IMG/VR virus record: IMGVR_UViG_3300032163_000010
Coordinates: 1-64,000 of that record
Origin: a virus
Strand: one strand, 5' to 3'
Length of the DNA stretch: 64,000 bases
A program made the position numbers and the translations under genes. The notes beneath the pieces were generated by a model. The model worked only from the letters and a program-made list of their open reading frames with translations. It made no database searches and was not told where the DNA came from. Each line of letters begins with the position of its first letter. Within the stretch, counting starts at the first letter, position 1. Shown here piece after piece: positions 40,801 through 50,401 of this stretch.

Positions 40801-41383
40801 CGCGAAGAAGCACTACGGAGGTCACTATATCATGAAGGACGGTGCATGGAAGGAAGGGCTCAAGATCTCCGGATTGGCTCCTAAGTCATCGGCAAGTGCT
40901 TTGTTCACGAGGAAATTGACTAGTCAGTTCCTTGAGTTAGTTCTTGAGAAACATGACATCGATTCAGCAGTAATGATCGTGAGCCAAGCTTGGGAAGGGA
41001 TCTTGCTGACCAAGGACGTTTCAACTATTGGGATTCCCAAGGGGTTACATCAAGTAGTGGCCGATCCAGAAGACGCTCACGGATCGACTAAGCCGTGGAT
41101 CGAAGGGGTATTCCATGCAAAGAAGGTCTTTCAGTGGAGGTTTTCTGAAGATGACAAGCCTAAGTTGATTTATACGGTTCCTACAAAGGAGTTCCCATAT
41201 AAGACTCTATGTTTGAATGTTGATCAAACGACAATCCCTAAGGGGGTTCGGGTCGATTGGAACCTTCAACGGGAGAAGGTCATCAAGAACAAGTTTTTCG
41301 AACTACTTGAAGCCATAGGTCGTGATTGGTCAGAGATCGAATTCAAAGTCCGCAAGACAAGGATGGATCAGTTCTTTGGTTAA
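37868..41383 (+). CDS. polB: Family B DNA polymerase with intein
   Basis: Exo I FDFE, Exo II GYNSNNYDW, Exo III YAAKD, motif A DLKSIYP, motif C YGD|TDS and KKHY; motif B is atypical (KFLACAING). Confidence 0.93.
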   Translation: MIMTIKTDLMNTDYVEEDNKPCLWWFLRDVEGKRVKRKFSWVKPHAWNNDPSSGPATKDIFGRTVYEWTTRMPSEIGGGRDRYSMTCEADVLFPMRAMIDLDVYCGVEIAEDNSIKAVENHGIPPVYSLFDFEYFSPKEIMPMPGDPKWPAVTVQWGLTSDNIIHVIVLNFVSQTQAPAGILTEKLIAESIIRKFIWENFKSITVHIELKDEKTGKWLIEPQDLTYPVEVTIVEDERDLFIKFAEWHESADVDGWAGYNSNNYDWPMYFRRADRLGISWLVAQHISPLHRASARFNQQYKKWDVHIWGQTITDLNEIYKKYIKPSGERTSYDFKIVVKDECGFAYDDLGAFIKTTYENDPQALIEYAAKDVIALKLLNEKCDLLPYIDVLRRVAGTPFDKATSNKALIDTMCLRLADAPLPTGIKHLKTKKATGALVIMPEVGLHEWVILLDLKSIYPTMIIAYNLSPECKDPNGEIQIPIVDAFGRIVEYVGFRKSPQGVLPKVAAHMMVLREHYRTLGREIESQANFDKQYRERIKSQETVAKFLACAINGVLAYPGFRLYDPEVFNCVTSITRSVIWKIRGFLEPKGFKTMYGDSVSADSPVLIKRDNEIDILPISELAPTAEGRYALDNIEVWTRNGFKQGHYVKVSNPHKTMYRVNTIDGIVDVTEDHSLFDLEGKEVKPTELPKRIETVVYPIRLGQTEISEDEAWLLGLICAEGSLIGNNEQPVISCDEDKLRWAKEILDGMGYESWLHDYTESSKCWRLCVSTKARGLFRECTTGLSGWKGRNKKVPKRILNSGKDAMIGFLRGLWAGDAPVDQGNYIDEFKRIDLRSQSLIVGVEYIMYQLGFVTSWRSAGSNKLSYGLRIGKTKKIASGVVREVKEIQYKDLVYDIGTNDGTFAIGRVVAHNTDSIFIKLTATNKEDAARQGFEIETMVQEYITEWTRSLGATYPIDVKFEHLFDRILWKKRAKGDDPAKKHYGGHYIMKDGAWKEGLKISGLAPKSSASALFTRKLTSQFLELVLEKHDIDSAVMIVSQAWEGILLTKDVSTIGIPKGLHQVVADPEDAHGSTKPWIEGVFHAKKVFQWRFSEDDKPKLIYTVPTKEFPYKTLCLNVDQTTIPKGVRVDWNLQREKVIKNKFFELLEAIGRDWSEIEFKVRKTRMDQFFG
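39659..40603 (+). mobile_element. Intein with LAGLIDADG homing endonuclease in PolB motif C (315 aa)
   Basis: YGD|SVSADSP...VTEDHSL...LLGLICAEG...FLRGLWAGD...VYDI...VVAHN|TDS; more AT-rich than the exteins. Confidence 0.92.
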
Positions 41384-41807
41384 AACTGTTGCTGTGGACT
41401 TCGATGGAGTAATTGCATTCTATGATGGTTGGAGAGGGGGGTATCATATCGGGGAACCGAACCCTGAGGGGGCTGCGTTACTTTGGTTGTTCCAAGAAGC
41501 AGGGATCAGGGTCATCATCTATACTTGCCGAACGAACAGATCGAAACCTCAGGAGTATGATTATGATAAAGTCGAGGAACTGATCAAAGAATGGATGAAG
41601 AAACACAACTTGCCGTATGATTACCTCTGTGTACAGATGGACGGTAAGCCCTATGCGGATGTCTACGTGGATGATAAGACGGCGTATTTTGCACCGAATA
41701 TAGGACCAGCGAAAGCGGTCTTTGAGGAGGTTGTGAGAATCATCAATAGCCATCCCGATAGGGGTACTACGGGAACTGATATGCCGAGGGCAGGTGAGAG
41801 GCCATGA
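41376..41807 (+). CDS. HAD-superfamily phosphatase (nucleotidase-like)
   Basis: VAVDFDGVI, IYTCR and KPYADVYVDD. Confidence 0.85.
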   Translation: MVKTVAVDFDGVIAFYDGWRGGYHIGEPNPEGAALLWLFQEAGIRVIIYTCRTNRSKPQEYDYDKVEELIKEWMKKHNLPYDYLCVQMDGKPYADVYVDDKTAYFAPNIGPAKAVFEEVVRIINSHPDRGTTGTDMPRAGERP

Positions 41808-43959
41808 CAATGATTGAGTTAACGGAGCAACAGAAGGAATGCAAGCATCGAGCCTTGTCTGTTCGTGTCTCGGCTGAGACTTATTCAAAGTACGGTAAGA
41901 CATTCCATAAGGTCGAGGTGGTTTGCCCTGACTGCGGAGTCTGTGTAGCAAGGGCTGGTGAGGTTTGGTTCAATCGTAGAATGACAATCTACGGTATTCT
42001 TGATGAGCATTGGCCGAAGTTGCTCTTACAACCGGGAATGAAGAAGGATTAACTTGCGATAGGTGAGAAATTATGAAGAAACCTGAAGGCGTCAAGTGTC
42101 GTGATTGTGCGTATTTCTATTGGTACGCAGGTATGTGTGAATCTTATCATGGTTTCATCCATGGAGACAATAAGGACTGCAATCGATTTGTACTCAAGAC
42201 AAAGAGTGAACCGGGATATGAGTACTATGACCCGTTGCCCTCCCCTGAGATAGTAGCATTAGTTAAGGCAGCTGTTGGAAAAGACAACTGCAGAATCTGT
42301 GGAACAAAGCTCGATTGGGCAGATACTGAGGAAGTTTCTGGGTGCAAAGAACAAGTATGCGGGAACTGCTGTTCACTTGGAAGATGTACTGTTGATTGTG
42401 ACTTTGCCTATGTGCCGTTAAAGTAAAGGTGTCAATAATGGTAGCTAAGTTATCAATCGGATGGAACAATCGTGGTTACCAACTAGGCACGGGCATTCAT
42501 TCAGGTTGGGAGATGGTCTATCACTGGATTAAGGATCGTAATATAGAGGAGCTATACTGGAGGCAATTGGAGTTAGAATGCCCAATCTGCGACAGCCCAA
42601 TTTCTAGTGCTAAAGTACCTGCTCCAGTATCAGTGGTAATCTTCAGATGTAAGAACGGGCATAAGTTTAGTTACGAGAATACTGATTGATTGGAGAGACC
42701 TACTATGGATGAGATAGAGATACTTAATTCATGGAAGGAGCGACTTAATAAGTTCTTCCGTGAGCTCCAGGCAGATGGCTGGATCTTAGATGATGAGAAT
42801 GAGTTATTATTAGTGTTTTCCTCAAAGATACTTGAGCTTGGAAGGATACCAATTGAGACTGTTGGTAAGTTGATGGTGAAAGACCCTACTATGCATCCAA
42901 CTGAAATTGTACTGAAGATAAGAGCACATCTGCTTCTTAAGGAGAGATGAAAGGTTGATCGCACGAGATTTGATGGAGCGAGTGAAGATGGCACATCCGA
43001 CCCGGACGCGATGCCTCAACCTTGGGAGGGAGTGTATGTCCTCACTCCCGTGGACTGGGGTTTGGGGAACGCATACTGGAAAAGAAGCGCAGGGTTGTAC
43101 TCGAGGTCCAGTCAAGACACTTACTCCTAACTCGAGATGTGATTAGCCTTATGGGGGATGAGGGTTGTGAATGATGCACAAAGGAAAACTATAAATACAA
43201 TCCGTGAGACTGAAATGTATCAGGAGTTCACATATTCCGAAGGGCCTGGAAGCGTTGTAAAGATAGGTATTAATGGTGTTGAGTACTTTATTAAGGAGGA
43301 CGGTACAATTCACTCTCCTTCGAGGATTATTTGTGACATGTGTAAACATTCGTTCGAGATGAGGAAATGACACCATGCAGAGTCGCAATATCGGAGCATA
43401 TGCTGAAAGTTGTGACGACTTTAAAGACGCTCAATGTAAGGGTTATATTGGAGTAGAAGGTGATTATCAGTGTCCAAAGAAATACGAAGTTTGTTGTGCA
43501 TATTGCGAAGAGAACACAGGGTGTCCAGAGTTCTGCCCGATGTTAACAGTTCCGAAGAGTGAGAACATTGCAGATGATAATTCGCGTACATGAGAACAGA
43601 GCCAAATTCGATTGGGGAGGATGGTTGCAATGGAAACCCTCAGGAACGAAAACATGGTATATGATGCATCGAGGAGCCATCGTTCCATTAGAGATGCGAG
43701 ATAGGTTCCAAGAGTGCATAGATGAGATGTTATCATACCAAGTGGCATATGAGGTGAGAGGGGAGTGGAACAAGGAAGAGAAGAAAATGCTAATAGAGAG
43801 CATCGTGGGCCCAATCGGGTAGAGTTCCCATTTGATCATAGGGAAGGGACAATAGGGCCATCCTTATGGTATGATCACCCTCAGCAATGCTGGACCGCAC
43901 CAAAATGGGAAGAACAAACCAAAGGAGGTCTAGGGATAGTGGATCATGAGGGGGTCTAG
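41804..43959 (+). other. Cluster of small, mostly Cys-rich hypothetical genes
   Basis: ORFs 41804-42052, 42073-42426, 42429-42689, 42690-42950, 43158-43370 and 43375-43593, several with CxxC motifs. Confidence 0.6.
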
Positions 43960-43962
43960 GGG

Positions 43963-44253
43963 TTGCTTGAAAAAACAGACGAGGGGAAGATAAAATCCGT
44001 TGACGACGATGCAACGGCATTGTTGATCAAGAGATCGGGTGTCTATGGAACGCAATTCCCAGCATGGAGATTCATGTCTATTGATGCTATATTGTGTGGG
44101 GTCATCTATAAAAGTGACCGCGCTCGAGTAACCAAGGATTTAAATAAAAAGTACGACGATATCAAAGATGCTATCAATTATCTGCGGTTCGTCGGAGTAA
44201 GGGTCAAGGAGGAGATAGAATGTCAGAAAAGCCTGTCAAAACCTCCACAGTAG
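43963..44253 (+). CDS. MazG-like / nucleotide-modification-associated helical domain protein
   Basis: LLIKRSGVYG...KSDR...DDIKDAINY resembles the K...YG...K..R...D...D..NY pattern. Confidence 0.55.
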   Translation: MLEKTDEGKIKSVDDDATALLIKRSGVYGTQFPAWRFMSIDAILCGVIYKSDRARVTKDLNKKYDDIKDAINYLRFVGVRVKEEIECQKSLSKPPQ

Positions 44254-44330
44254 ATGCAGTGCTGAAAACTTCAACAACGAAGACAATTACAGTGGATGCT
44301 GTGATGAAGAAACTAGAGGAAGAGAAATGA
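44220..44330 (+). CDS. 36-aa microprotein made of two tail-fibre-type repeats
   Basis: AAGGAGGAG RBS; MSEKPVKTSTVDAVLKTSTTKTITVDAVMKKLEEEK*. Confidence 0.6.
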   Translation: MSEKPVKTSTVDAVLKTSTTKTITVDAVMKKLEEEK

Positions 44331-44510
44331 TATGGATTTCAAAAAAGGAAAGTTCTGTTTGCATATCGAAGAGTCAACAGATGCCAGTAAATTCACAACC
44401 ACGTCTATACAGTATGACAATAATCGGTTACTTAACTTGACAAGAGATGATCTTGAGGTTCTCAGAATTCTAGTGAACAGGGTTATTAGTTATCTGAACG
44501 AGGACTAGGG

Positions 44511-45335
44511 ATGAACGAGAGAAATCCCGACAAGTTGTTTATTCACAAGTCCGGGCTTAGCGCATGGAGACAATGTCCGAGGAAGTTTTATTGGATGTAT
44601 CTTAAACCACAGGATCCTGCGATGACAGAGGAGAGCATCGCGATGGAGCATGGAGCGACGTTTCACGATGTCGCTAGGAGGTTTACGTACCTCTATGATG
44701 TCGATGTGCTCTTTAGCTACCCGACATGGATGGACAGGTTGAAGTACCTATCGGGGTGTATCCCTGTGGGATTGACGAAAACCATATGGGATTGGATGCA
44801 GAATCTCGCGGACTTCGAAGCGAGGAGGTCTCTGGGATGGAAATTAGATCGATCGATGTTCAAACCGGTTGTGATGGAGAAATACCTTGAATCTGAAGAG
44901 TTCGGCTACGCGGGGACGTTAGATAGGATAGATCATTATGATGAGACGTCGTATGTAGTGATTGATTATAAACCAAGGATATATAACTTGAGCAGTTTGA
45001 GACAGGAACAGGCGATATATTGGGTCTTGGCGAACGATCAATTGAAGTTGGATAAGCCGGTCAACTACTGGGGGGTCATAGCTTACGATGAGGGCATTTA
45101 CCGAACTGAGGAGTTCAAGAAGGTCACGTTCACAGCTCTGAGGAAGAATACCGCGTATCTACAAACGGATATTGATAAGTACAAGAAGGAGCCATCCGAG
45201 GAACTCTTTCCGTTAAAGGTAGGCGAATATTGCGACTGGTGTGGGTTTTTGTCAATTTGTTATCAAGACCCAAAGTACGTTGAAATAGCTTTAGGAGGAG
45301 GTAAAGATGGAGAAGAAGCTGATATTGGCGAGTGA
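44511..45335 (+). CDS. Cas4/AddB-like PD-(D/E)XK exonuclease with Fe-S cysteines
   Basis: QCPRKF, HGATFH, GTLDRID, VIDYK and CDWCGFLSIC. Confidence 0.85.
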   Translation: MNERNPDKLFIHKSGLSAWRQCPRKFYWMYLKPQDPAMTEESIAMEHGATFHDVARRFTYLYDVDVLFSYPTWMDRLKYLSGCIPVGLTKTIWDWMQNLADFEARRSLGWKLDRSMFKPVVMEKYLESEEFGYAGTLDRIDHYDETSYVVIDYKPRIYNLSSLRQEQAIYWVLANDQLKLDKPVNYWGVIAYDEGIYRTEEFKKVTFTALRKNTAYLQTDIDKYKKEPSEELFPLKVGEYCDWCGFLSICYQDPKYVEIALGGGKDGEEADIGE

Positions 45336-46008
45336 AGAAAAGACATTGAAGGAACGGGTCCTCTCAGAGTTATCGTTCAGAAATCATAAGGTCCTTATTA
45401 GGTGTGAGAGGGTTCCTCAGATGAGGGATGTTATTCTCAAGTGGACGAGCGACAGAAGTCCTATGGTAGTCAATGTCAACGTTCAACGATGTGGTCTAGT
45501 GGTATTGTTCGCCACAGGTACGACATTGACTTTCGTAGTTAACGACGTAGGTGATACATCGAAGTATGACCTAGTCATTGACGAGCGTGAGAAAAATGAA
45601 GTGGAATGAGGTTCTGAAGGGGTCGCAAGATCCCGTTTTTTTCCTTCCTTCGTCAGGGGTGAAGAAACACGCACTGATAAAGGTTCCGACAGGGAGGAAA
45701 ATCGATATGGGAAAACTGAGAACTCTGATTGGAGTTCCAGTAGTACAAGTAACGGATATGAAGACTCTACCAGAAAGGATGAGAGACCAGCAAATATTGA
45801 TAGTTCAGATAGACGATATTGGGATGTCTCAGGAAGTGTTGTCTGTTGGGCGAACACTGGATTCAGGGATGGTCTTGGTTAATACAACCATGGGTGAGAT
45901 GTTCTATAATTCGTTTGCCATATTATGGGTCATCTATTCACAGGGAACCCCGTCTGAGGAACTCAAGAAGTCCTGTGTCGAAGTGGAGATATCCGAGGAG
46001 GAAGATAT

Positions 46009-46731
46009 ATGGGAGGAAAAGCAATAGCAATCTGTTCAGGTGGGCTCGATTCCACGGTGATGTTGTATGAGATGGTTCATCGGGGGATTGAGACAATAGT
46101 TCTAAGTTTCGATTACGGACAGAAGCACAAGATCGAACTTGATTACATCGAGAGAACAGCGAAGAAGTTAGGGTTGCTATGGATCTTAGAACGCATGCCT
46201 ACGTTCTCAAGTGCCCTCACAAATCTCTCGGAGACTATCCCAATGACAGATTATGATGACAAAGCTCAGAGGGTTACGGTCGTACCGAATAGGAATATGA
46301 TAATGATTGCTATTGCCGCAGGATATGCGATACAAAATAAAGCAAGGGAAGTATGGTATGCAGCACATACGGGAGATCATGCGATATATCCGGATTGTAG
46401 AGAGGAGTTCGTGAGACCCTTGGCAGAGGCGTTGTATAAGGGAACGTATGAGAATATAATTCTAGTTGCTCCGTTCATCGACTTAACAAAGACGGATATA
46501 GTCTTGAGGGGAGCTCATCTAGGAGTGCCATTCCAAGATACATGGTCTTGTTATAGCCCAGTTGTGATGTATCAAGCTTATACGGTTAATATCCCGCAGA
46601 AAATAGTCCTTTATCACTGTGGGCAATGTGGGACATGCAGAGAGAGGATCGAGGCGTTCAGAGAAGCGAGAGTCGCTGATCCAACTGCGTATATTAACAC
46701 ATGTGGAGTGGTAGTTAAAAATGTGTTATGA
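46009..46731 (+). CDS. queC: 7-cyano-7-deazaguanine synthase
   Basis: SGGLDS, FDYGQKH, VPNRN, YPDCR, TWSCY and CGQCGTC. Confidence 0.95.
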   Translation: MGGKAIAICSGGLDSTVMLYEMVHRGIETIVLSFDYGQKHKIELDYIERTAKKLGLLWILERMPTFSSALTNLSETIPMTDYDDKAQRVTVVPNRNMIMIAIAAGYAIQNKAREVWYAAHTGDHAIYPDCREEFVRPLAEALYKGTYENIILVAPFIDLTKTDIVLRGAHLGVPFQDTWSCYSPVVMYQAYTVNIPQKIVLYHCGQCGTCRERIEAFREARVADPTAYINTCGVVVKNVL

Positions 46732-46964
46732 TGACTACTACGATTCATACACCGGAGGCGTTCATCGATGATCGTCGATGACGTGAATTGCATCTGCGGA
46801 GGATGTCCGAAGGACGCAAGTGTCTGTCTGAAAAACGATCACTGTAGCATCCAGAGGAGTGTCATTCTAGTTCAAAACCTCCTGAGGATTATTGCACCTG
46901 ATGATGTCATTATCGAATGTCGAGTAGAGAAATGCCCGTCCAGGATTCTGAAGGAGGTAAAAGA

Positions 46965-47297
46965 ATGACAATTTATATACTTAATGCACCCGTAGCCACA
47001 AACTTCGGACTGTTTAGATACAGTAGACTAACAAGCAATGAAGTGGTAGAATTGATGAAAAGAGGCTATGTGAATGCGATAGGGCATGAGGCTACAGCTA
47101 AGTTGTTCTCCTTGGTTACCGGAATAGAGGTTAAAGCGAACAGATTACAAGTAAAAATGATTGCTGGTGACTCCGCTATAGTGTTCTGCTTGAATAGCAG
47201 ACAGCCGGAGGGCATGGTTATAACTTCCGTGGAGACACTAGAGCAGATAGGATATAGCTTTGGGTTGCTTAAAATGCTAGAAGAGGAAGTGAGATGA
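46965..47297 (+). CDS. acrIII-1: DUF1874 / AcrIII-1 viral ring nuclease (anti-type III CRISPR)
   Basis: YILNA...NAIGHEATA...NRLQVKM..GD.A.V...RQPEG.V is colinear with STIV B116/SIRV gp29; start ATG 46965 follows GGAGGT. Confidence 0.88.
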   Translation: MTIYILNAPVATNFGLFRYSRLTSNEVVELMKRGYVNAIGHEATAKLFSLVTGIEVKANRLQVKMIAGDSAIVFCLNSRQPEGMVITSVETLEQIGYSFGLLKMLEEEVR

Positions 47298-47707
47298 TGA
47301 AGCTCAGTTTCGAAGAGGATATAAAGTTTAGTGCGGCACACTACATTCCGGATCATCCGAAATGTGGCGGCATACACGGACACACGTATTTTGTTAGGAA
47401 TCTGACTGTCGAAGTCGATGAGTTTGACAAGAATGGAATGTCGATAGACTTCGGAATTATTAAGGATTACTTCAAGAGAGAATGGGATCACAAGTTTATC
47501 ATTCCTACAGAGGACGCTGATTTCTGGAAACACATTTACGAAGAGTGTGGTAACAATGCAGTTGCAGATAATCGTAAGCTTGTTAAGCATACTACCGCCG
47601 AGTATATGGCAGAGAAGATGCAAGAAGACCTAATCAATATATTCGAGCGAAGATACACGCCACACTTCACGTTGTGTGAGGGCCCAGATCAGGGAGTGGA
47701 AGTATGA
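47294..47707 (+). CDS. queD: 6-carboxytetrahydropterin synthase
   Basis: FSAAH, KCGGIHGHTY, DFG..K...DH and TAE. Confidence 0.92.
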   Translation: MMKLSFEEDIKFSAAHYIPDHPKCGGIHGHTYFVRNLTVEVDEFDKNGMSIDFGIIKDYFKREWDHKFIIPTEDADFWKHIYEECGNNAVADNRKLVKHTTAEYMAEKMQEDLINIFERRYTPHFTLCEGPDQGVEV

Positions 47708-48104
47708 CGAGGAAACTTTTGTTAATCGGTTTTCCTGATTTCCAAGAGAATCAGGTTAGGAAAATCTATGATATCATCGAGAAAGCGGTACAAGAATACA
47801 CTGGAGATCCGACGTGGTACGCGAAACTTGCACCTGGTGGAGAGACTACAGACATTACGTTAGACGACTTAAAAGAAATCGTCCGACAGATGGAATCAGG
47901 TGAAGACACAACTCACCCACGGGTAACTGGAACGTACTTTGAGGATACACTAGTGTCAGTGACACTTACTGACAAGAAGGGAGCTGGTTCTTCAGAAGAA
48001 TACCATGAGGAGTTCATCAAGATGGTGGATCTTCCCGAAGATGTTAGAGAACTGGTTTCAACGGCTTTATTGAAAGCATTAGCGGGTAGAAAGACGGTGG
48101 TTAT

Positions 48105-48275
48105 ATGAATCGCAAACTTAGGTTCATATTGTTCTCTGGCATTGGATGCACAGCCCTCATCTTGGCAGTAGTAGTGCACAATCCTGACTTAGTCAATGTA
48201 TTGATTGCAATAGGAGCTACAATCCTCGCATGGGATGCGGTGTTCATAATAGGGGATGGGATACGCGATGAGTAG
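48105..48275 (+). CDS. Small two-TM membrane protein, below the track cutoff
   Basis: MNRKLRFILFSGIGCTALILAVVVHNPDLVNVLIAIGATILAWDAVFIIGDGIRDE*. Confidence 0.55.
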   Translation: MNRKLRFILFSGIGCTALILAVVVHNPDLVNVLIAIGATILAWDAVFIIGDGIRDE

Positions 48276-48614
48276 AGTAAAAGTTCCTGCGTTTGACCCA
48301 AGTAAGGTGATAATCAAAGAAACCCATGAAGGAGACAAGCTTCGCCTAGAGGCAGCTGTGAGCATCGTTGTAGTTAGTGATATAGATAAAATTGTAATCG
48401 CAACCAACCCAGAGGTTATTGAGCACCAGAAGCACAGAATAAGAGATGCACTTGAAGTGGGTTTCATAGATTCATTCGTCGGGTACCTTAAGAGTCGAGG
48501 ACAGCAGTTCTCTAAGTTCCCGGTGCCACAGAAGGTCTTTGTTGTCAGAGAGGACCTTCAGGAAGATATTATAATAATGTCAGCGAAAAGATATGCCGAG
48601 GAGGTAAAGAAGAG

Positions 48615-49313
48615 ATGATCAGCATTGTTGAGGTATTTAGATCAATCCAAGGAGAGGGCCTCTATATAGGGCATCCCGCGATCTTCGTCCGAACCCACGG
48701 ATGCAATCTCTCGTGTGACTTCTGTGACACGAAGTACGCGTGGTATACGAACAAAGGGGAAGGTTACAGGGAAGTCGATCAGAAAGAACTTGTGAAAGAA
48801 ATAGAAGAACTGAACCAGGAGAAGGACATCATCGTACTGACAGGAGGAGAACCGATGATCTGGCAGGATCAACTAGGGGAGATTGTTAAAAAATTCCCTA
48901 TACATGTGGAAACTAATGGCACGATTCACGCAAATCTATTGATGAAGAGATATGTTAAGCATTTTACTGTGTCACCGAAGGAGTGGAATAAGATGAGCAC
49001 AGTAAGTGATGTTGAATGGTGGATCAAGGAGCTCAATACAAAAGTAGCACTGAAATTCGTTATAACTACTGAAGGGGACGTCGAGGAGATATCCGAGACG
49101 TTTAGTTTACGTAAGGCGAAAGATGTCATTCTGCAACCGGAGAGATATGCGGCAACACAGGCAGGTGATCAGCCCTGGATAACACCGCAAGGGTTGTACT
49201 TGAAGCGATTATTGGAGATAGTTGGATGGGCTAATCAGTATCTCAATGGAGTCAATTGGCGAGTTCTCCCACAATTGCACTATCTCTTGTGGGGAAATAG
49301 GAAGGGAATTTGA
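48615..49313 (+). CDS. queE: 7-carboxy-7-deazaguanine synthase (radical SAM)
   Basis: SIQGEG, FVR..GCNLSCDFCDT, LTGGEP, ETNG, VSPK and PQLH. Confidence 0.95.
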   Translation: MISIVEVFRSIQGEGLYIGHPAIFVRTHGCNLSCDFCDTKYAWYTNKGEGYREVDQKELVKEIEELNQEKDIIVLTGGEPMIWQDQLGEIVKKFPIHVETNGTIHANLLMKRYVKHFTVSPKEWNKMSTVSDVEWWIKELNTKVALKFVITTEGDVEEISETFSLRKAKDVILQPERYAATQAGDQPWITPQGLYLKRLLEIVGWANQYLNGVNWRVLPQLHYLLWGNRKGI

Positions 49314-49314
49314 A

Positions 49315-49971
49315 ATGGTAAAAAGAAACGTTTGTGCACCGGAAGATGTCATCGAACGAAGTGAGGAACATACTCCTCATCACTTTGTTCTGAGTAACAA
49401 GGATGAGATTATGGATAAGTTCCGAGAAATCTTGTCACTGGCGGGGTTCAATCCTGAGTCAGCCCCGATGAAGAGGACTCCTGAGAGACAATGGGAGGTT
49501 CTCCGAACTTTGACTGAAGGGTATGTTATCGATCCGACTCTCGACCGGATGTATAGAGACTATGCTTTAGGAGACCTTGCTGGCGTAAGGATCTGTCCAG
49601 GGATCCATTTCGTTTCTTGGTGTGAACACCATCTGATGCCATTCCATGGCACTGTAGACATCGCCTATGTTCCTGGTAACGGCAAAGTCACTGGGTTATC
49701 GAAACTTCCTCAACTAGTGCAGAAGTACGCCCGGAGACCTCAATTACAAGAGAAAATGGTTAGCCAGATCGCTGATGAATTAATGACTCGCTGTGAGGCC
49801 ATCGGAGTAATGGTCATCGCTTCTGGCTACCACACTTGTGAGATGATCGAGGGAATTCACGAGGGGTTCCATCGAGATAAGCCTTATATCACTCCAGAGA
49901 TTAGGGGATTGTTTGTAGCAAATGTGGCACTCAAGGATGAAGTTCTCTCGCACTTGGCGAGGTTGACATAA
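49315..49971 (+). CDS. folE: GTP cyclohydrolase I
   Basis: TPER, CEHHLMPFHG, GLSKL, RRPQLQE and HTC; start ATG 49315. Confidence 0.93.
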   Translation: MVKRNVCAPEDVIERSEEHTPHHFVLSNKDEIMDKFREILSLAGFNPESAPMKRTPERQWEVLRTLTEGYVIDPTLDRMYRDYALGDLAGVRICPGIHFVSWCEHHLMPFHGTVDIAYVPGNGKVTGLSKLPQLVQKYARRPQLQEKMVSQIADELMTRCEAIGVMVIASGYHTCEMIEGIHEGFHRDKPYITPEIRGLFVANVALKDEVLSHLARLT

Positions 49972-49972
49972 G

Positions 49973-50356
49973 ATGGATGAACCTAGTCCTAGGGTCACCC
50001 TCTGGTCAGTAGACTTCATCACGGTTACACTAGAGGAACTAGCGGAGATTAAGATGGAACGTGGATCGCAAAAGTTCAATAATCCTGATAATTATGTGAC
50101 AGGAGATATGATCGGTAGGTATTTGAAACACATAGGCGAATTCCTAGTAGCACTTGAAGATATGGACTATACCCGCATGATGGAATATATCGCCGACGTG
50201 CAGAACGTCGGAACATTGTTGTTCCCGAAAGTCCAGGAAGACTATATTAAACAGATGTATGAGGAAACGCAAGCTGTCGGTAGTCTGGATACCTCTGATG
50301 AGACCGCTCGGAAATCGAAACAATCCGTAGAGGAGCGAACGAGCGGACCGGAATAG
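49973..50356 (+). CDS. Putative MazG-like dNTP diphosphohydrolase (dATP/dGTP diphosphohydrolase-like)
   Basis: All-alpha; RGSQKF..PDNY...RYLKH...EYIADVQN; directly after folE. Confidence 0.45.
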   Translation: MDEPSPRVTLWSVDFITVTLEELAEIKMERGSQKFNNPDNYVTGDMIGRYLKHIGEFLVALEDMDYTRMMEYIADVQNVGTLLFPKVQEDYIKQMYEETQAVGSLDTSDETARKSKQSVEERTSGPE

Positions 50357-50363
50357 GTCGGAA

Positions 50364-50380
50364 CAAAGACTTTATTTATT
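50364..50380 (+). promoter_or_regulatory. TATA-like promoter, probably leaderless transcript
   Basis: CAAAGACTTTATTTATT about 25-30 nt before ATG 50402, with no RBS. Confidence 0.5.
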
Positions 50381-50401
50381 TCAAGGGGGAATAAATATAG
50401 A

